A stretch of DNA of 64,000 bases from Octopus vulgaris (GCA_951406725.2 OX597838.1:32302001-32366000), one strand, 5' to 3'. Shown: positions 37,272 through 50,795, numbered from the stretch's first letter. Numbers and translations are program-made. Notes: generated by a model from the sequence alone, not told the origin.

Positions 37272-37338
37272 ATATATATATATGTATATATATATATCTA
37301 TATATATATATATCTATATATATATATGTGCATATATA

Positions 37339-37374
<36 letters not shown>

Positions 37375-37417
37375 TGCATTTATGTATATGTACATATTTA
37401 TATGTATGCACATATAT

Positions 37418-37611
37418 TCTTTCACTTGTTCAGTCATTTTGACTGTGGCCATGATGGAGCACTACGTTTAGTCGAGCAAATCGAACCCAGGACTTATTCT
37501 TTGTAAACCTAATACTTATTCTCTCGGTCTCTTTTGCTGAACCGCTAAGTTACAGGGACGTAAACACACCAACATTGGTTGTCAAGCGATGTTGGGGGAA
37601 CAGACACACAA

Positions 37612-37642
<31 letters not shown>

Positions 37643-38318
37643 CATACATATGACAGGCTTCTTTCAGTTTCCATCTACCAAATCCACTCCAAAGACTTTG
37701 GTTGGCCCAAGGCTATAGTAGAAGACACTTGCCGAAGGTGCCACGCAGTGGGACTGAACCGGGAACCATGTGGTTGGTAAGCAAGCTACTTACCACATAG
37801 CCACTCCTGCACCTCTGTAAAACATTTTCTACAATCTAAACGAAAACAAGCCAAGTAAAAAAACAGAAAAGAAGTGGCAGAGTGTCAGTGGCATGTTTTT
37901 GAACAACATATTGTATTTTCCAACATACAAGTCAACAGAGGACACAATGTAAACAGATAGTGTAAACAGAGTTTGCTTTCCAACCACATGGTTCTGGGTT
38001 CAGTCCCATTGCATGGCACCTTGGACTAGTGTCTTCTACTACAGCCTCAGGCCAACCAAAGCCTTGTGAGTGGATTTGGTAGATGGAAACAGAAATAAGC
38101 CCATTGTATATATGTGTCTGTATTTGTCCCACTTCACTGGTTGACAACCGGTGTTGGTGTATTTATGTCCTTGTAACTTAGCAGATTGGCAAAAGAGACC
38201 GATAGAATAAGTGCCAGGCTTCAAAAGAAAATAAGTCCTGGGGTCAATTCATTCGACCCTAAATATTTCAAGATGGTGCCCCAGCATGGCCACAGTTTAA
38301 TGACTGAAACAACTAAAA
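37418..38318. mobile_element. Two SINE family A copies in opposite orientation
   Basis: 37418-37812 (minus) and ~37972-38318 (plus). Confidence 0.8.
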
Positions 38319-38377
38319 ATTGATAAAAACAACATAAACTTCAAAAATAAGATCTGTAATGGATCCCCCAAGGGTTA

Positions 38378-39300
38378 TCATCATCATCATCATCGTTTAA
38401 CGTCTGTTTTCCATGCTGGCATGGGTTGGACAGTTTGACTGAGGTCTGGAAAGCCAGCAGCTGCACCAGGCCCCAATCTGATCTGGCAAGGTTTCTACAG
38501 CTGGATGCTCTTCCTAACACCAACCACTCTGAGAGTGTAGTGGGTGCTTTTTACGTGCCACCGACACGGGAGCCAGTAAGGCGGTCATGGCATCGATCAC
38601 GTTTGGATAGTGCTATTTATGTGCCACTGGCACGGGAACCAGTCAGGGGACACTGGCATCAACCATGTTTGGATGGTGCTTTTTATGTGTCACCGGCATA
38701 GGGGGTGCTGCATCGACCACATTCGGATGGTGCTTTTTACGTGCCAGCAGCACGGAAGCCAGTCAGGCAGACCTGGCATCGCCCATGTTCTGATTGTGCT
38801 TATATGGACTTCAATTGAAATCCACTGGTATAGAGAATTATCAAATGGTAATGAAGACCAGAAAGAAAGATAATTTCAAGAATGAAGAAACCGTATAAAT
38901 TGATATACCTATTTCTTTACTACCTACAAGGGGCTGAACACAGAGGGGACAAACAAATGGATTAAGTCGATTACATCGACCCCAGTACGTAACTGGTACT
39001 TATTTAATCAACCCCGAAAGGATGAAAGGCAAAGTCGACTTCAGCGGAATTTAAATTCAGAACGTAATGGCAGATGAAATACGGCTATGCATTTTGCCCA
39101 GCGTGCTAACGTTTCTGCTAGCTCGCCGCCTTGGTCTGAGAGATTCTTGAGAAAGTAATGCCAAGTTATGCAGATCTATAAATGATCAGTAACCTATGAT
39201 CATTCACTTTGAATTGCTGGCATTGTGTACTCTTTGCTAGGACTTGCTAATACATATCTCCTAATATAATAATGAGCGTAGTGTTTTAATATATTTGTAT

Positions 39301-39353
<53 letters not shown>

Positions 39354-39826
39354 ACCCGGCAAGACCAGTGAGAACAGTTAAAATCAAACCAAATCAACAT
39401 CAGTGGAAATTGCAGCTGTGGTTAAGCGAACCATCCGATCGTTTGTCCGTTGCCAGCATCGCCTGGCCCCCGTGCCGTTGACACGTAAAAGCACCATCCG
39501 CTCGTGTCCGTTGCCAGCCTCGCCTGGCCCCCGTGCTGGTAGCACGTAAAAGCACCATCCGTTCGTGTCCGTTGCCAGCCTCGCCTGGCCCCCGTGCCGT
39601 TGGCACGTAAAAGCACCATCCGCTCGTGGCCGTTTGCCAGGTCTGTCTGGCACCTGTGCAGGTGGCACGTAAAAAGCACCCACTACACTCACGGAGTGGT
39701 TGGCGTTAGGAAGGGCATCCAGCCGTAGAAACACTGCCAAATCTGACGGGGCCTGATGAAGCCTTCCGGCTTCACAGACCCCAGTTAAACCGTCCAACCC
39801 ATGCTAGCATGGAAAACGGATGCTAA

Positions 39827-39860
<34 letters not shown>
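38378..39860. mobile_element. Family C (minus, 38378-38810), SINE B (minus, 38906-39132), family C (plus, 39350-39860)
   Basis: Family motifs. The plus copy carries several ~61 bp internal repeats. Confidence 0.75.
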
Positions 39861-39861
<1 letters not shown>

Positions 39862-40116
39862 ATATGTGTTAGTCCAGAATCATGCCGGACAAGGAGGAGG
39901 AAAGAAAATAGCAATTCAGTGAAGGAGAAGTGGTGAGAGTAATAACCCTGACTGAGAGGGAATGAGAGAAAGTAATAGCAATGAGAGAAAGGAAGGGGTG
40001 AAAAAAATTAGCGTTTCAACTCTGTGGGAGTATATGTGTGTATGTGTGTGTGTATGTACAAGGGAAATATGTCAATGTTTGTATGTGTGATTATTATGTA
40101 TGTTATTTTGTACAGT

Positions 40117-40489
40117 ATTACTTCCACCTTCACTAAGGCAGAGGTATTGTTTTTAGTCATCTTTGTTTGTTTGTTTGTCCATGGACAAGATATCTCAAGA
40201 ACCGCTGGATGGATTCAGATGAAATTTTCAGGGATGTTTGGCATCATGACTGGCATGAACGGATTAGATTTTGAGATCAATCCGATATCGGACAAGGATT
40301 CCGGATTTTTTTTTCCTGTTTTTTTACTTAATTTTTGAAAGTGGCTGGGTTCATTTTTAATATTCTCGTTTGTGAGAGCAGTTGAGTTTATTTCAGATAT
40401 TCTCATTTTAAAAATCATCTCTGGCTAATCATTGAGAGGACATTGGTGTTGTCTTGGCGGAGGTTTGCGCTCTCTGAGTGTTCTTGTTT
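40117..40489 (+). mobile_element. Helentron/DINE-like non-autonomous element
   Basis: Subterminal inverted motif acttccacc/ggcagaggt...ggcggaggt, (TTTG)n near the 5' end, and a 3' hairpin gcgctctctgagtgt. Confidence 0.6.
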
Positions 40490-40977
40490 ATATATAAAAT
40501 ACTACAATTAGCCGTCATTATTGGTGACACATAGTCAGCTATTATTTAATATAACCTGAAAACCACACATGCGTTTAATTAAGATGAAAATAATCACATT
40601 TACAAGAAAACGTAAATCATCGAAGCACGAAATGAGATTCGTGAATAGTTTCTCATGATCTCTAAATTTGTTTCACTGGACACGCTTATGATAAAATCAA
40701 TTATCACTATATCTACTATATTTTTTACTCATTTCAGTCATTGCACTGTGGCCATGCTGGGGCACCGTCTTGTAGAGTTTAGTTGAATAAATCAACCCTA
40801 GAGCCTTTTTGTTTTTTTTAGCCTGGTGCTTATTCTATTGGCTTGTCTTTGCTGAACTGCAAAGTTATGGGGGATGTAATCAAACCAACACCTGTTGGCA
40901 AGTGGTTGTAGGTGACAAACAAAAACAGATGCGCACACACACAAATACATACGTGCATCCATATATATATATATATA

Positions 40978-41376
40978 GGTGTAGGAGTGGCTGTGTGGTA
41001 AGTAGCTTGCTTACTAACCACATGGTTCCGGGTTCAGTCTCACTGCTTTGCACCTTGAGCAAGTGTCTTCTACTATAGCCTTGGGTCGACCAAGGCCTTG
41101 TGAGTCGATTTGGTAGACAGAAACTGAAAGAAGCCCGTCGTATATATATGTATGTGTGTGTATATGTTTGTGTGTCTGTTCTTGTCCCCCCAACATCGTT
41201 TGACAACCGATGCTGGTGTGTTTATGTCCCTGTAACTTAGCGGTTCGGCAAAAGAGGCCGATAGAATAAGTACTAGGCTTACAAAGAATAAGTCCTGGGG
41301 TCGATCTGCTCGACTAAAGGCGGTGCTCCAGCATGGTCACAGTCAAATGACTGAAACAAGTAAAAGAGTAAAAGAG
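40978..41376 (+). mobile_element. SINE family A
   Basis: Complete from head to tail. Confidence 0.85.
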
Positions 41377-41769
41377 TATATATATCATCATCATCATCAT
41401 CATCGTTTATATATAAAATAAACTTACTTGGAAATGGATGCATGGCGTTCAATCATATAATAGTATATATAATATATATATATATATGCATATATACATA
41501 CATATATATACATATACACATGTATATATGGATACAGGACATCATAAAACGTAAACAACATGAATTACGGAAACATAAAGAACAACCCTTCATCATTTGT
41601 TAGCTATTTTATCTACTCCACAGTTCGCTCTAAGACACATCTTGTCGTAATTGCTCGTAATTGACCTATTTTTAAAATTGTCTTTTGCTTCACCTTCCAA
41701 ACTTAGCAGAGGTAAACCAAGGGTCATCGATACTACAACTATTTTTTTTTTTTAACAAGTATATATATA

Positions 41770-42956
41770 TATTTCTTTACTACCCACAAGGGGCTAAACA
41801 TAGAGGGGACAAACAAGGACAGACAAACGGATTAAGTAGATTACATCGACCCCAGAGCGAAATTGGTACTTTATCTATCGACCCCAAAAGGATGAAAGGC
41901 AAAGTCGACCTCGGCGGAATTTGAACTCAGAACGTAACGACAGACGAAATACCGCTAAGCATTTCGCCCGGCACACTAACGTTTCTGCCAGCTTGCCACC
42001 TTTTTTTAATAACACCAATACCTCCTAAAAGATGACTGGCATCCGTGCTAGTGGAGCGCTAAGAGCACCATCCATTAGCATGTGAAAAAGACATTCAAGC
42101 GAGGTCGTTGCCAGTGCCACTGGACTGGCTCCTGTGCAGTTGGCATGTAAAAAACCACCATTTGAGCGTGGCCGTTGTCTGTACCGCATGACTGGCCCTC
42201 GTACAGGTGGCACGTAAAAACACCCACTAGACTCTTGGAGTGGTTGGCGTTAGGAAGGGCATCAAGCTGTAGAAACTCTGCCAGATCAGATTGGAGCTTG
42301 GTGCAGCCATCTGGTTTGCCAGGCCTCAGTCAAATCGTCCAACCCATGCTAGCATGGATAGCTTATGTTAAACAATGACGATGATGATGATGATGGCATC
42401 AGAATTTAACTAGGAAAAAATTGGAGGTTGAGCAGAAAAATACTGATACACATCACAATTTTTTTCAAAATTTCAAGTTTCCTTTTGAGGATATATATGT
42501 GATGTGTGTGCATCTACCAAAATTCTTCTTTTTTTTTCACATTAGGCGCAGGAGTGGCTGTGTGGTAAGTAGCTTGCTTACCAACCACATGGTTCCGGGT
42601 TCATTTCCACTGCATGGCACCTTGGGCAAGTATCTTTTACTATAGTCTCGGGCCGACCAAAGCCTTGTGAGTGGATTTGGTAGCGGAAACTGAAAGAAGC
42701 CCTTCGCATATGTGTTTATATATATGTATGTGTGTGTATATGTTTGTGTCTGTGTTTGTGTTTGTCCCCCCAACATCGCTAACAACCGATGCTGGTGTGT
42801 TTACGACCCCGTAACTTAGCGGTTCGGCAAAAGATCCCGATAGAATAAGTACTAGGCTTACAAAGAATAAGTCCTGGGGTCGATTTGCTCGACTAAAAGC
42901 GGTGCTCCATCATGGCCACAGTCAAATGACTGAAACAAGTAAAAGAGTAAAAGAGT
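41770..42956. mobile_element. SINE B (minus, 41770-42001), family C (plus, 42030-42395), SINE A (plus, 42545-42956)
   Basis: Family motifs as above. Confidence 0.8.
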
Positions 42957-43221
42957 ATTAAATTCTGATATATCCGTAATCTACACCGTCTGAAAATTTT
43001 CTTCGTTAAAAAATACCTATTTTTCAGAAAGTTGTGAAGAAACAAAATGCCCTTCCGCTCCGCCAAGACAAAAAAAAAAAAAAAAAAAAGGATCACAGGA
43101 GCTTCCGTTATCTGTGCCATCTCGTAGTTATTTGCATAAATTTTCATCAAATAATATCTATTTTTCTGAAAGTTATGAGAGAACAAAATCGAGAAAAGAG
43201 CACATTTATGTAGGTACGCCC

Positions 43222-43652
43222 GGCGATCTTTCGTCTCTAGTAGACCTTTCCGTCGATTTCCGTAAAAAAATTTTTTTTTTTACATATGGGCTTGCGGGAA
43301 CTTTTGAAGTAATATACATACATATACACATACACCGAGTAAAAACTTTCAGTTATCTCTTTCTTTCACACATTACTCTGTCTCTTCACACACACTAACA
43401 GAAAGCACTTCACTTACACAACATACTGTCTGTCTCCCACACCCCATCAAACACACACACACACACACACACATGTACATCAATGTTTCCCATGCACGGT
43501 AACTTCAAAAGAACTTCCCTCGTCATACAATCGCTTTCTCTTAGTCTCTTTCGCTCTCATTACTTCAAAAGTTCCCGCAAGCCCATATGTAAAAAACAAA
43601 AAATTTTTTTACGGAAATCGACGGAAAGGTCTACTAGAGACGAAAGATTGCC
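43222..43652. mobile_element. MITE with ~92 bp TIRs and 9-bp TSD (Merlin-like)
   Basis: Termini ggcgatctttcgtctctagtagacc / ggtctactagagacgaaagattgcc; TSD ggtacgccc at 43213-21 and 43653-61. Confidence 0.85.
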
Positions 43653-44155
43653 GGTACGCCCAAGTTTCCTCACTATTATCACGCCACGACGCAAAATTAT
43701 GGTAAAAAAAAAAATATACGTCAAATATACCACACAGTTGGATCGAACCCGAGATCTCATAATCGCTAAGCCAACTTCTTTATCCACTCGACTGTGTCCC
43801 CCAATTATTCGCTCTTGTTTTGTTTGTTTGTTTGTTTTTTACCTTATGCACGTACGAATGTTTTCTCCTATTCCTTCTCCTTTACACCTCTTCCTCTTCC
43901 TCACGCCTGTTCCATTCATTTATTCATTCATTAGTATTTATTAGTACAAAGAACGATAACAATGGTAAACCTCTCTGCTGCCAGCCACTGACTACTACGA
44001 CCTTAGTAGAGTACAAGTTGCTTTTACTGCGCTGCCAACGACACCAACGCCATTCCAAGACGTTTAGCTTCTTCTCTTCTCTCGTTCATTCTACTTTCCT
44101 TCCGTTCACTCAAGCAACTGTGCTTCCCCCTCTCCTTCTCTCTCCTCCTCCGCCC

Positions 44156-44218
<63 letters not shown>

Positions 44219-45116
44219 TCTATCTATGTCTCTCTCTCTCTCTATCTATCTATCTCCGTCTCTCTCGCCACCATCTAACCCTTGGGTGCATTTTAGCAGA
44301 GACCGCTCTCTTCTCATTTGTTGCAAAGTACTCAGGCCAGACCTTACGGGCCTTACCTGAGAGGGGCAAACGTGTCCCCTCACCCAATTGCTCCTATCTG
44401 TCATTCCAAATGAAAAAAATCACGGACGACACAGTCGGATGGAGTCACACACTCGCCTTCTTTCCTTACACCTCCCCTTCTTTCATACCCTCTCTCTCTC
44501 TCCTAGCCTCCCCCTCTCTTCACGCTCCCTCTTTCTCCTACGCATATATATAATACACTTTCTAATTTCCGTTATTTTACTCTTCTCTTCTCTTTCTCTT
44601 CCGTTCCGTTCATTCTTATTCCTCTTCATTCTTCTACTCCCCCCTCTCTCTCTCTCTCCATCTATCTATCTATGAATATTTCTGCTCCTTTCATCTTCGT
44701 CACGTCTTCGCCTACATCACACCACTCTCTCTCTCGCTCTCTCTCCCTCCTATCTCTCGCTCTCTCTCCCTCTCTCTCTCTCGCCTCCTCTCTCTCGCTC
44801 TCTCTCCCTCTCTCTCTAGCTCTCTCTCCCTATCTCTCTCTCTCTCTTTGTATTCTCTCACTTGTTCAGTCACCCCCTCTCTCTCAGTCTCAGCCTCGGC
44901 CTCCACCTTCGTCTCTCCCTCCCGCTTCGCCCTCACGCTGCTTACAAAAGTAGTACGGCAATAAGTCAATTCCTTCTAGAAAAACGGTGGCAGCAGCAGG
45001 AGAAGCGGCAACAGAGCCGTTTCTGTAGTTCTTGATGCAACAGCCATTTGCTCTCTTCACTCTATCCAATAATACTTAATCTACACACACTATTAGTGCA
45101 TTGAAATTATCTATCC

Positions 45117-45148
<32 letters not shown>

Positions 45149-45181
45149 GTCTGTCTGTCTCTCTGTCTATCTATCTGTCTG

Positions 45182-45268
<87 letters not shown>

Positions 45269-45277
45269 GTCTATCTG

Positions 45278-45358
<81 letters not shown>

Positions 45359-45565
45359 TTATCTGTCTATCTATCTATCTGTCTGTCTGTCTGTCTGTCT
45401 ATCTACTTGTCTGTCTGTCTGTTTGTCTGTCTATGTATGTATGTATGTATGTATCCAGGTATATACGTATGCATGCATGGATGTATACATACAAGCATGT
45501 ATGTATATGTATGTATGTATATATGCATGTATGTATGAATATTGATATAAGGAGTAAAAAAAAAA

Positions 45566-46118
45566 GATGCTTGCATCTCTCCTGACACATGGGAGAGCAT
45601 AGCTATTGATCGTAGCAGGTGGAGAAGGATTGTGCACGAGGGGACAGCTACTTTTGAGAAATCTCGAGTTGCACATGAGAAAGTAAGGAGGGATGTCAGG
45701 AAGGGCATCGCTGTTACACTGCCAGAAGGGAAGAGGTCTTTGTATGATGCTGACATGCAGTGTCTGTACAAGACCCTGCCTCAGTAAAGCTGGACTCAAG
45801 AGTCATCTTCGTAGTCATAAAGCGAGACAGATGAGTGACAACCCGGCCACTGGTGGTGGTGTAACACACCATACTAATCATATCTGTTGGGCATGTGGAA
45901 GAGAGTGTAATTCGGCAGGAGGACTTAAACGACATGCAAAGGTACATGAAGCCCAGTTACAACTACAGCCGTCTATTACTGGTAAAGGTTTTAGCTGCCA
46001 ATTCTGTACAAGACATTGTAGATCTTTAGCTAGGCTAAAAAGTCAAATTCGATCACAGCACCAGTAACAGTTAAGCTTCGTGCAATGGCCATACTCGATA
46101 ACGAGGGGGCAACCATCA
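45566..46118 (+). mobile_element. RTE-clade LINE 3' end with three C2H2-type zinc fingers
   Basis: From 45566: [34 protein letters not shown] (RTE C-terminal signature). A frameshift then leads into ORF 45693..46067 with CSVC..H...H, CWAC..H...H and CQFC..Q....H. Confidence 0.75.
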
Positions 46119-46332
46119 TGTATGAATATATGTATATATGTGTGTACACTGCCATTTTCTGGAGCATTTAATAATGAAATAGTTATGGCCTTTTAAAAAT
46201 TTAATTTTTTGTATTCTAAACTTCTTCACTATAGCAGTTTTGTGTGATTACAAAAACCACAACCCTATTTTTTTTTTTTTGAGAAATTACTTTTAGCCAA
46301 TTAATTTTGATTTTATTTGAAATTTCTACACA

Positions 46333-46890
46333 TGCAGGAGTGGCTGTGTGGTAAGAAATTTGCTTCCCAACCTTATGGCTCCAGGTTCAGGCCTGCTGCG
46401 TGGCATCTTGGGCAAGTGTCTTCTGCTATAGCCCCGGGCCGACCAATGCCTTGTGAGTGGATTTGGTAGACGGAAACTGAAAGAAGCCTGTCGTATATAT
46501 GTATATATATATATGTGTATGTGTTTGTCCCCCTAGCATTGCTTGACAACCGATGCTGATGTGTTTACGTCCCCGTTACTTAGCGGTTCGGCAAAAGAGA
46601 CTGATAGAATAAGTACTGGGCTTACAAAGAATAAGTGCCGGGGTCGATTTGCTCGACTAAAGGCGGTGCTCCAGCATGGCCGCAGTCAAATGACTGAAAC
46701 AAGTAAAAGAGTAAAAAGAGAGTAAGAGTATGCAGGCATGGCTGTGTGGTAAGAAATTTGCTTCCCAACCTTATGGCTCCAGGTTCAGGCCTGCTGCATG
46801 GCACCTTGGGCTAGTGTCTTCTAACGAAGCCCTGGGTCAACCAAAGCCTTGTGACTACACTGTAAGATGGAAACTGAAAGAAGCCCATTG
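46333..46890 (+). mobile_element. SINE family A followed by a partial second copy
   Basis: Head repeated at ~46731. Confidence 0.85.
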
Positions 46891-47003
46891 CATATATATA
46901 TATTGGCTTCCGTGCTTCGTTGTACCATTTATTTACTTTTATGTATAATTTTACCCTCACGGGCTATCCTTTACTGGAAAGCAATACTCTCGTATTGCAT
47001 TAC

Positions 47004-47052
<49 letters not shown>

Positions 47053-47055
<3 letters not shown>

Positions 47056-47933
47056 TCATCATCGTTTAACGTCCGTTTTCTGCGCTAGCACGGGTTGGAC
47101 GGTTCGACCGAGGTCTGGGGAGCCAGGGGCTGCCCCAGGCTCCAGTCTGATCTGGCAGTGTTTCTACAGCTGGATGCCCTTCCTAACGCCAACCACTCCG
47201 CGAGTGTAGTGGGTGCTTTTTACGTGCCACCTGCACAGGTGCCAGAGGGTCTGGCATCGGCCACGATCAGTTGGTGCTTTTTTTTTTTTTTTTTTGTGCT
47301 ACCGGCACAGAAGCCAGTCAAGGCGGTGCTGGCATCGGTCACGTTCGGATGTTGCTTTTTATGTGCTACCGGCACAGAACCCATTCGAGGCGGGGTTGGC
47401 ATCGGTCACGTTCGGATGGTGCCTTTTATGTGCCACCGGCACAGAACCAGTGGAGGCTGCACTGGCGACGGCCACGTTCAGATGGTGCTTTTTATGTGTC
47501 ACCAGCACAGGTATCACAACTACTACTGTTTCCATTGATATTTGGTTCGATGTTCATGTACATGCACACGCACTTGACTCAACAGGTCTCCTCAAGCACA
47601 GCGAGATGTTCCGGGATCCCACGATCGGTTGGTGCTTTTTAAGCCAGTCGGGGCGGTGCTGGCATCGGCCACGTTCGGACGTTGCTTTTTATGTGCCACC
47701 GGCACAGAAGCCATTCGAGGCGGGGTTGGCATCGGTCACGTTCGGATGGTGCTTTTTATGTGCCACCGGCACAGAAGCCAGTGGAGGCTGCACTGGCAAC
47801 GGCCACGTTCGGATGGTGCTTTTTATGTGTCACCGGCACAGGTATCACAACTACTGTTTCCATTGATATTTGGTTCGATATTCATGTGCCACCGGCGCAG
47901 AAGCCAGTCGGGGCGGTGCTGGCATCGGCCACG
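47053..47933 (-). mobile_element. Family C with expanded internal minisatellite
   Basis: Many ~60 bp ...ggccacgttcggatggtgctttttatgtgccaccggcacagaagcc units; (TGA)n tail at 47053. Confidence 0.8.
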
Positions 47934-48474
47934 TATATATAAATATATTGGTGAACTTGGTACATATAGTTCCCAAGGCTCCAACAATAGCAACAGGTGC
48001 AACACTTACCTTTTGAAATGACCACAGGTTTTTTTATTACCTGCTTCAAATTCTCATATCTGACTTATTTCCCGTACTCACTCATCACCATGGTATGCAA
48101 AATCTATTATTAAACTAGTTTTCTTTTTCCTTCTTATTCACGGTCACAATATCTAGCTTTTGGTTTCCAATTTCACAATCATGTTGGACTATTACATACC
48201 ATAGTAACTTTAGCTTGTCATTCTCGATTACTCCTCCTGGAGTTTATACATACCATGTCTTTGCTCCTCTATCCCAATCCATATTTGCTACACAATTCCC
48301 AATGAATCATTTTGCACCATTATCAGGTCTTTTTTTTTATCATATTCCTTTTGAGCCAGCTTCATGTACCCATATGATGTATTGGGGTCAAAGTAATTGA
48401 CTTTTCCACCTCCCCTAAGATTGATAGCATTGTGCCAGAGTGTGAAACCATTATCATTATTATTATTATTATTA

Positions 48475-48930
48475 TTCTATGTTTGACTTTATGTCTGTAC
48501 AAGTTGGCTCCAAGTCCCACCCAGAGACCTCAAGAGACAACAGGTTGGAAGTTCACGTTGTTGTTATGCCTAGTGTGCCATATATTTGGTTTTTTTTTTT
48601 TTTGGTGTTGTACTAGTGAATGTCTAATACATAAATTTAAAAAAAAAAAAGTTTGCTTTAAACCTTGGGATTACATAGAGAGTAGTTTGCGTAGGATATG
48701 AGCAGTTCTCATGAGCACTATCGTTTGAATTTCTGCCATTTTTGGGTTTCCTGGTATCTGAGTTAGGTAGCAATCAGCCCCATTTGCTATCATTCCCAGG
48801 GCACCTATGACAACAGATATTGTTTTAGTCTTCAGGTTCTACATTTTGCTGATTTCTATTTCAAGATCTTTATATTTGCTCAGTTTTTGGTAGGTCTTGA
48901 CAGATACATTTATATCGATTGGGACAGTCA

Positions 48931-48931
<1 letters not shown>
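48475..48931 (-). mobile_element. R4/Dong-clade LINE 3' fragment in (TAA)n
   Basis: 48931-48671 reads MTVPIDINVSVKTYQKLSKYKDLEIEISKM*NLKTKTISVVIGALG...TAHILRKLLSM*, an RLE-domain C-terminus. TAA tracts lie on both sides. Confidence 0.8.
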
Positions 48932-48982
<51 letters not shown>

Positions 48983-49634
48983 GTTGTTGTTGTTGTTGTT
49001 ATTCAAATTCTGCCAAGGTCAATTTTGTCTTTCATCCTTTCGGAGTCGATAAATTAAGTACTGGGGTCAATGTAACCGACTAGTCACTACACATTCTTTA
49101 TTTTCTCTCCTTGTTTCTTTCTGTGTTCCTTCCTGTGGAAGAGCATAGGCTCGAAATGTTAAAGACTTTTTCACTTCCCGAGCGTTAAACTAATACATCT
49201 GTTGTCTACACCACCTGTCTTCATCTTTTGTTTTTTGTGAATTCTTGCTATATATATATATCATCATAATCATCATCATTTAATGTCTGCTTTCCATGCT
49301 AGCATGGGTTGGACGATTTGACTGAGGACTGACGAACCAGATGTCTGCACCAGGCTCCAATCTGATCTGGTAGAGTTTCTAAAGCTGGATGCCCTTTCTA
49401 ACACCAACCACTCTGAGAGTGTAGTGAGTGTTTTTAAGTGTCACCGGCACAAGGGCCAGTCTGGCAGTACTGGCAATGGCCACGCACGGGCTATCTTTTA
49501 CTGGAAAGCAATACTCTCGTATTGCATTACTATTTTCATTGAAACTCTTCACTGTTCTCGTTCTGTTAACGTTTTGGTGTTCAGATGAGTGTACTGGCAT
49601 AGATGTGGCAACATTTGAAATATTGTCGAGGTTT

Positions 49635-49707
49635 ATGCAGCTGATGAGGATAAATCAAGTATACGTTTGGCAAGCGTATTTTGAAAAATCCGAAACCGGT
49701 ACTGCAT
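49635..49707 (+). ncRNA. Type I hammerhead ribozyme, canonical core
   Basis: atgcag-CTGATGA-ggat(...tcaagtatacgtttggcaagcgtattttga...)atcc-GAAA-ccgg-TA-ctgcat; perfect 6-bp stem I and palindromic stem III. Confidence 0.8.
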
Positions 49708-49914
49708 TATCCGTTATCTAGGTTTTTCATTTTTCAGATGTTCTTCCTAGAGGTAAGACAATTTTTTTCGTGTTTGTTGTACATACGCATCTTTACTAGT
49801 ACATACGCAGTGAAGCTATACAATAGCGTCGTATTTATTACGATCGCTATTTTCCAGTAAATATCGGTGCTTCGTTGTACCATTTATTTACTTTTATGTA
49901 TATATATATATATG

Positions 49915-50235
49915 CTGAGACCCCCTTCGGTCATGACTAACCATGGAATTGAACCTAGAAAGTTATCCTCCCAGGCACAAATCCGGGCAAGGTTGTTTAT
50001 GGAAGACCAGCAGTCGCCCATGCACACCAGCCTCCCCTCTCCACGCCACCAGTGTTATCCAAGGGAAAGGCAAAGGGGCCGATATAGCTTGGCACCTGTG
50101 ACGCCACAACTCATTTCTACAGCTGAGTGAACTGGAGCAACATGAAACAAAGTGTCTTGCTCAAGAACATAATATGCAGCTCGGTCCAGGAATCGAACTC
50201 ACAACCTCAAGATCATAAGCTCGATGCACTAACCA
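49915..50235 (-). mobile_element. tRNA-derived SINE
   Basis: Minus strand ggtgcatagctcagtggttag...gagttcgattcc head followed by a body. Confidence 0.7.
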
Positions 50236-50539
50236 CTGAGCTATGCACCTTCACATTCAGAGGAGAGTATATTAAATAAAATCATAATTAACCGATCTAC
50301 CTACCCCCTGTATATATTCAGTAACCAAAGACTCTTTTATTCTATATTCTCTTAAACCCCTCATACCAACTTTTAACAAACCTAACTTCATAAATCCAAA
50401 AATTATTTGTAAGCCCAAATTTTAACCTGCTTTTTTATTTTCTCTTCAAAAATAATATGAAAAGGAATGAAAAACCTTATTGATATTCCTGTAATTTAGA
50501 ATATCTGGTGTGAGCAAATAAATGTATGACTGCTACCAT

Positions 50540-50753
50540 TGTACATTATTTACATTTGACGGATATTTGTCCTCATCTTGTTTGTTGTTAACACAACATT
50601 TCGGCTGATATACCCTCCAGCCTTCTTCAGGTGCCTTGGGGAAATTTCGAACCTGGGTTCTCATTCCTTTCATATCGTCAGCCACTAAGGCAACGTGCTC
50701 AGCTTGTTATGGTCAAACAACTGACAAGCAAATCTGTGGTATTGAGCAGAATA

Positions 50754-50795
<42 letters not shown>

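Noticed and set aside
45693-46067. Host C2H2 zinc-finger gene
   Set aside because: No TGEKP linkers; it is continuous with an RTE C-terminus upstream and a retroelement tail downstream.
47095-48021. Overlapping 120-217 aa ORFs
   Set aside because: They arise from the family C minisatellite read antisense.
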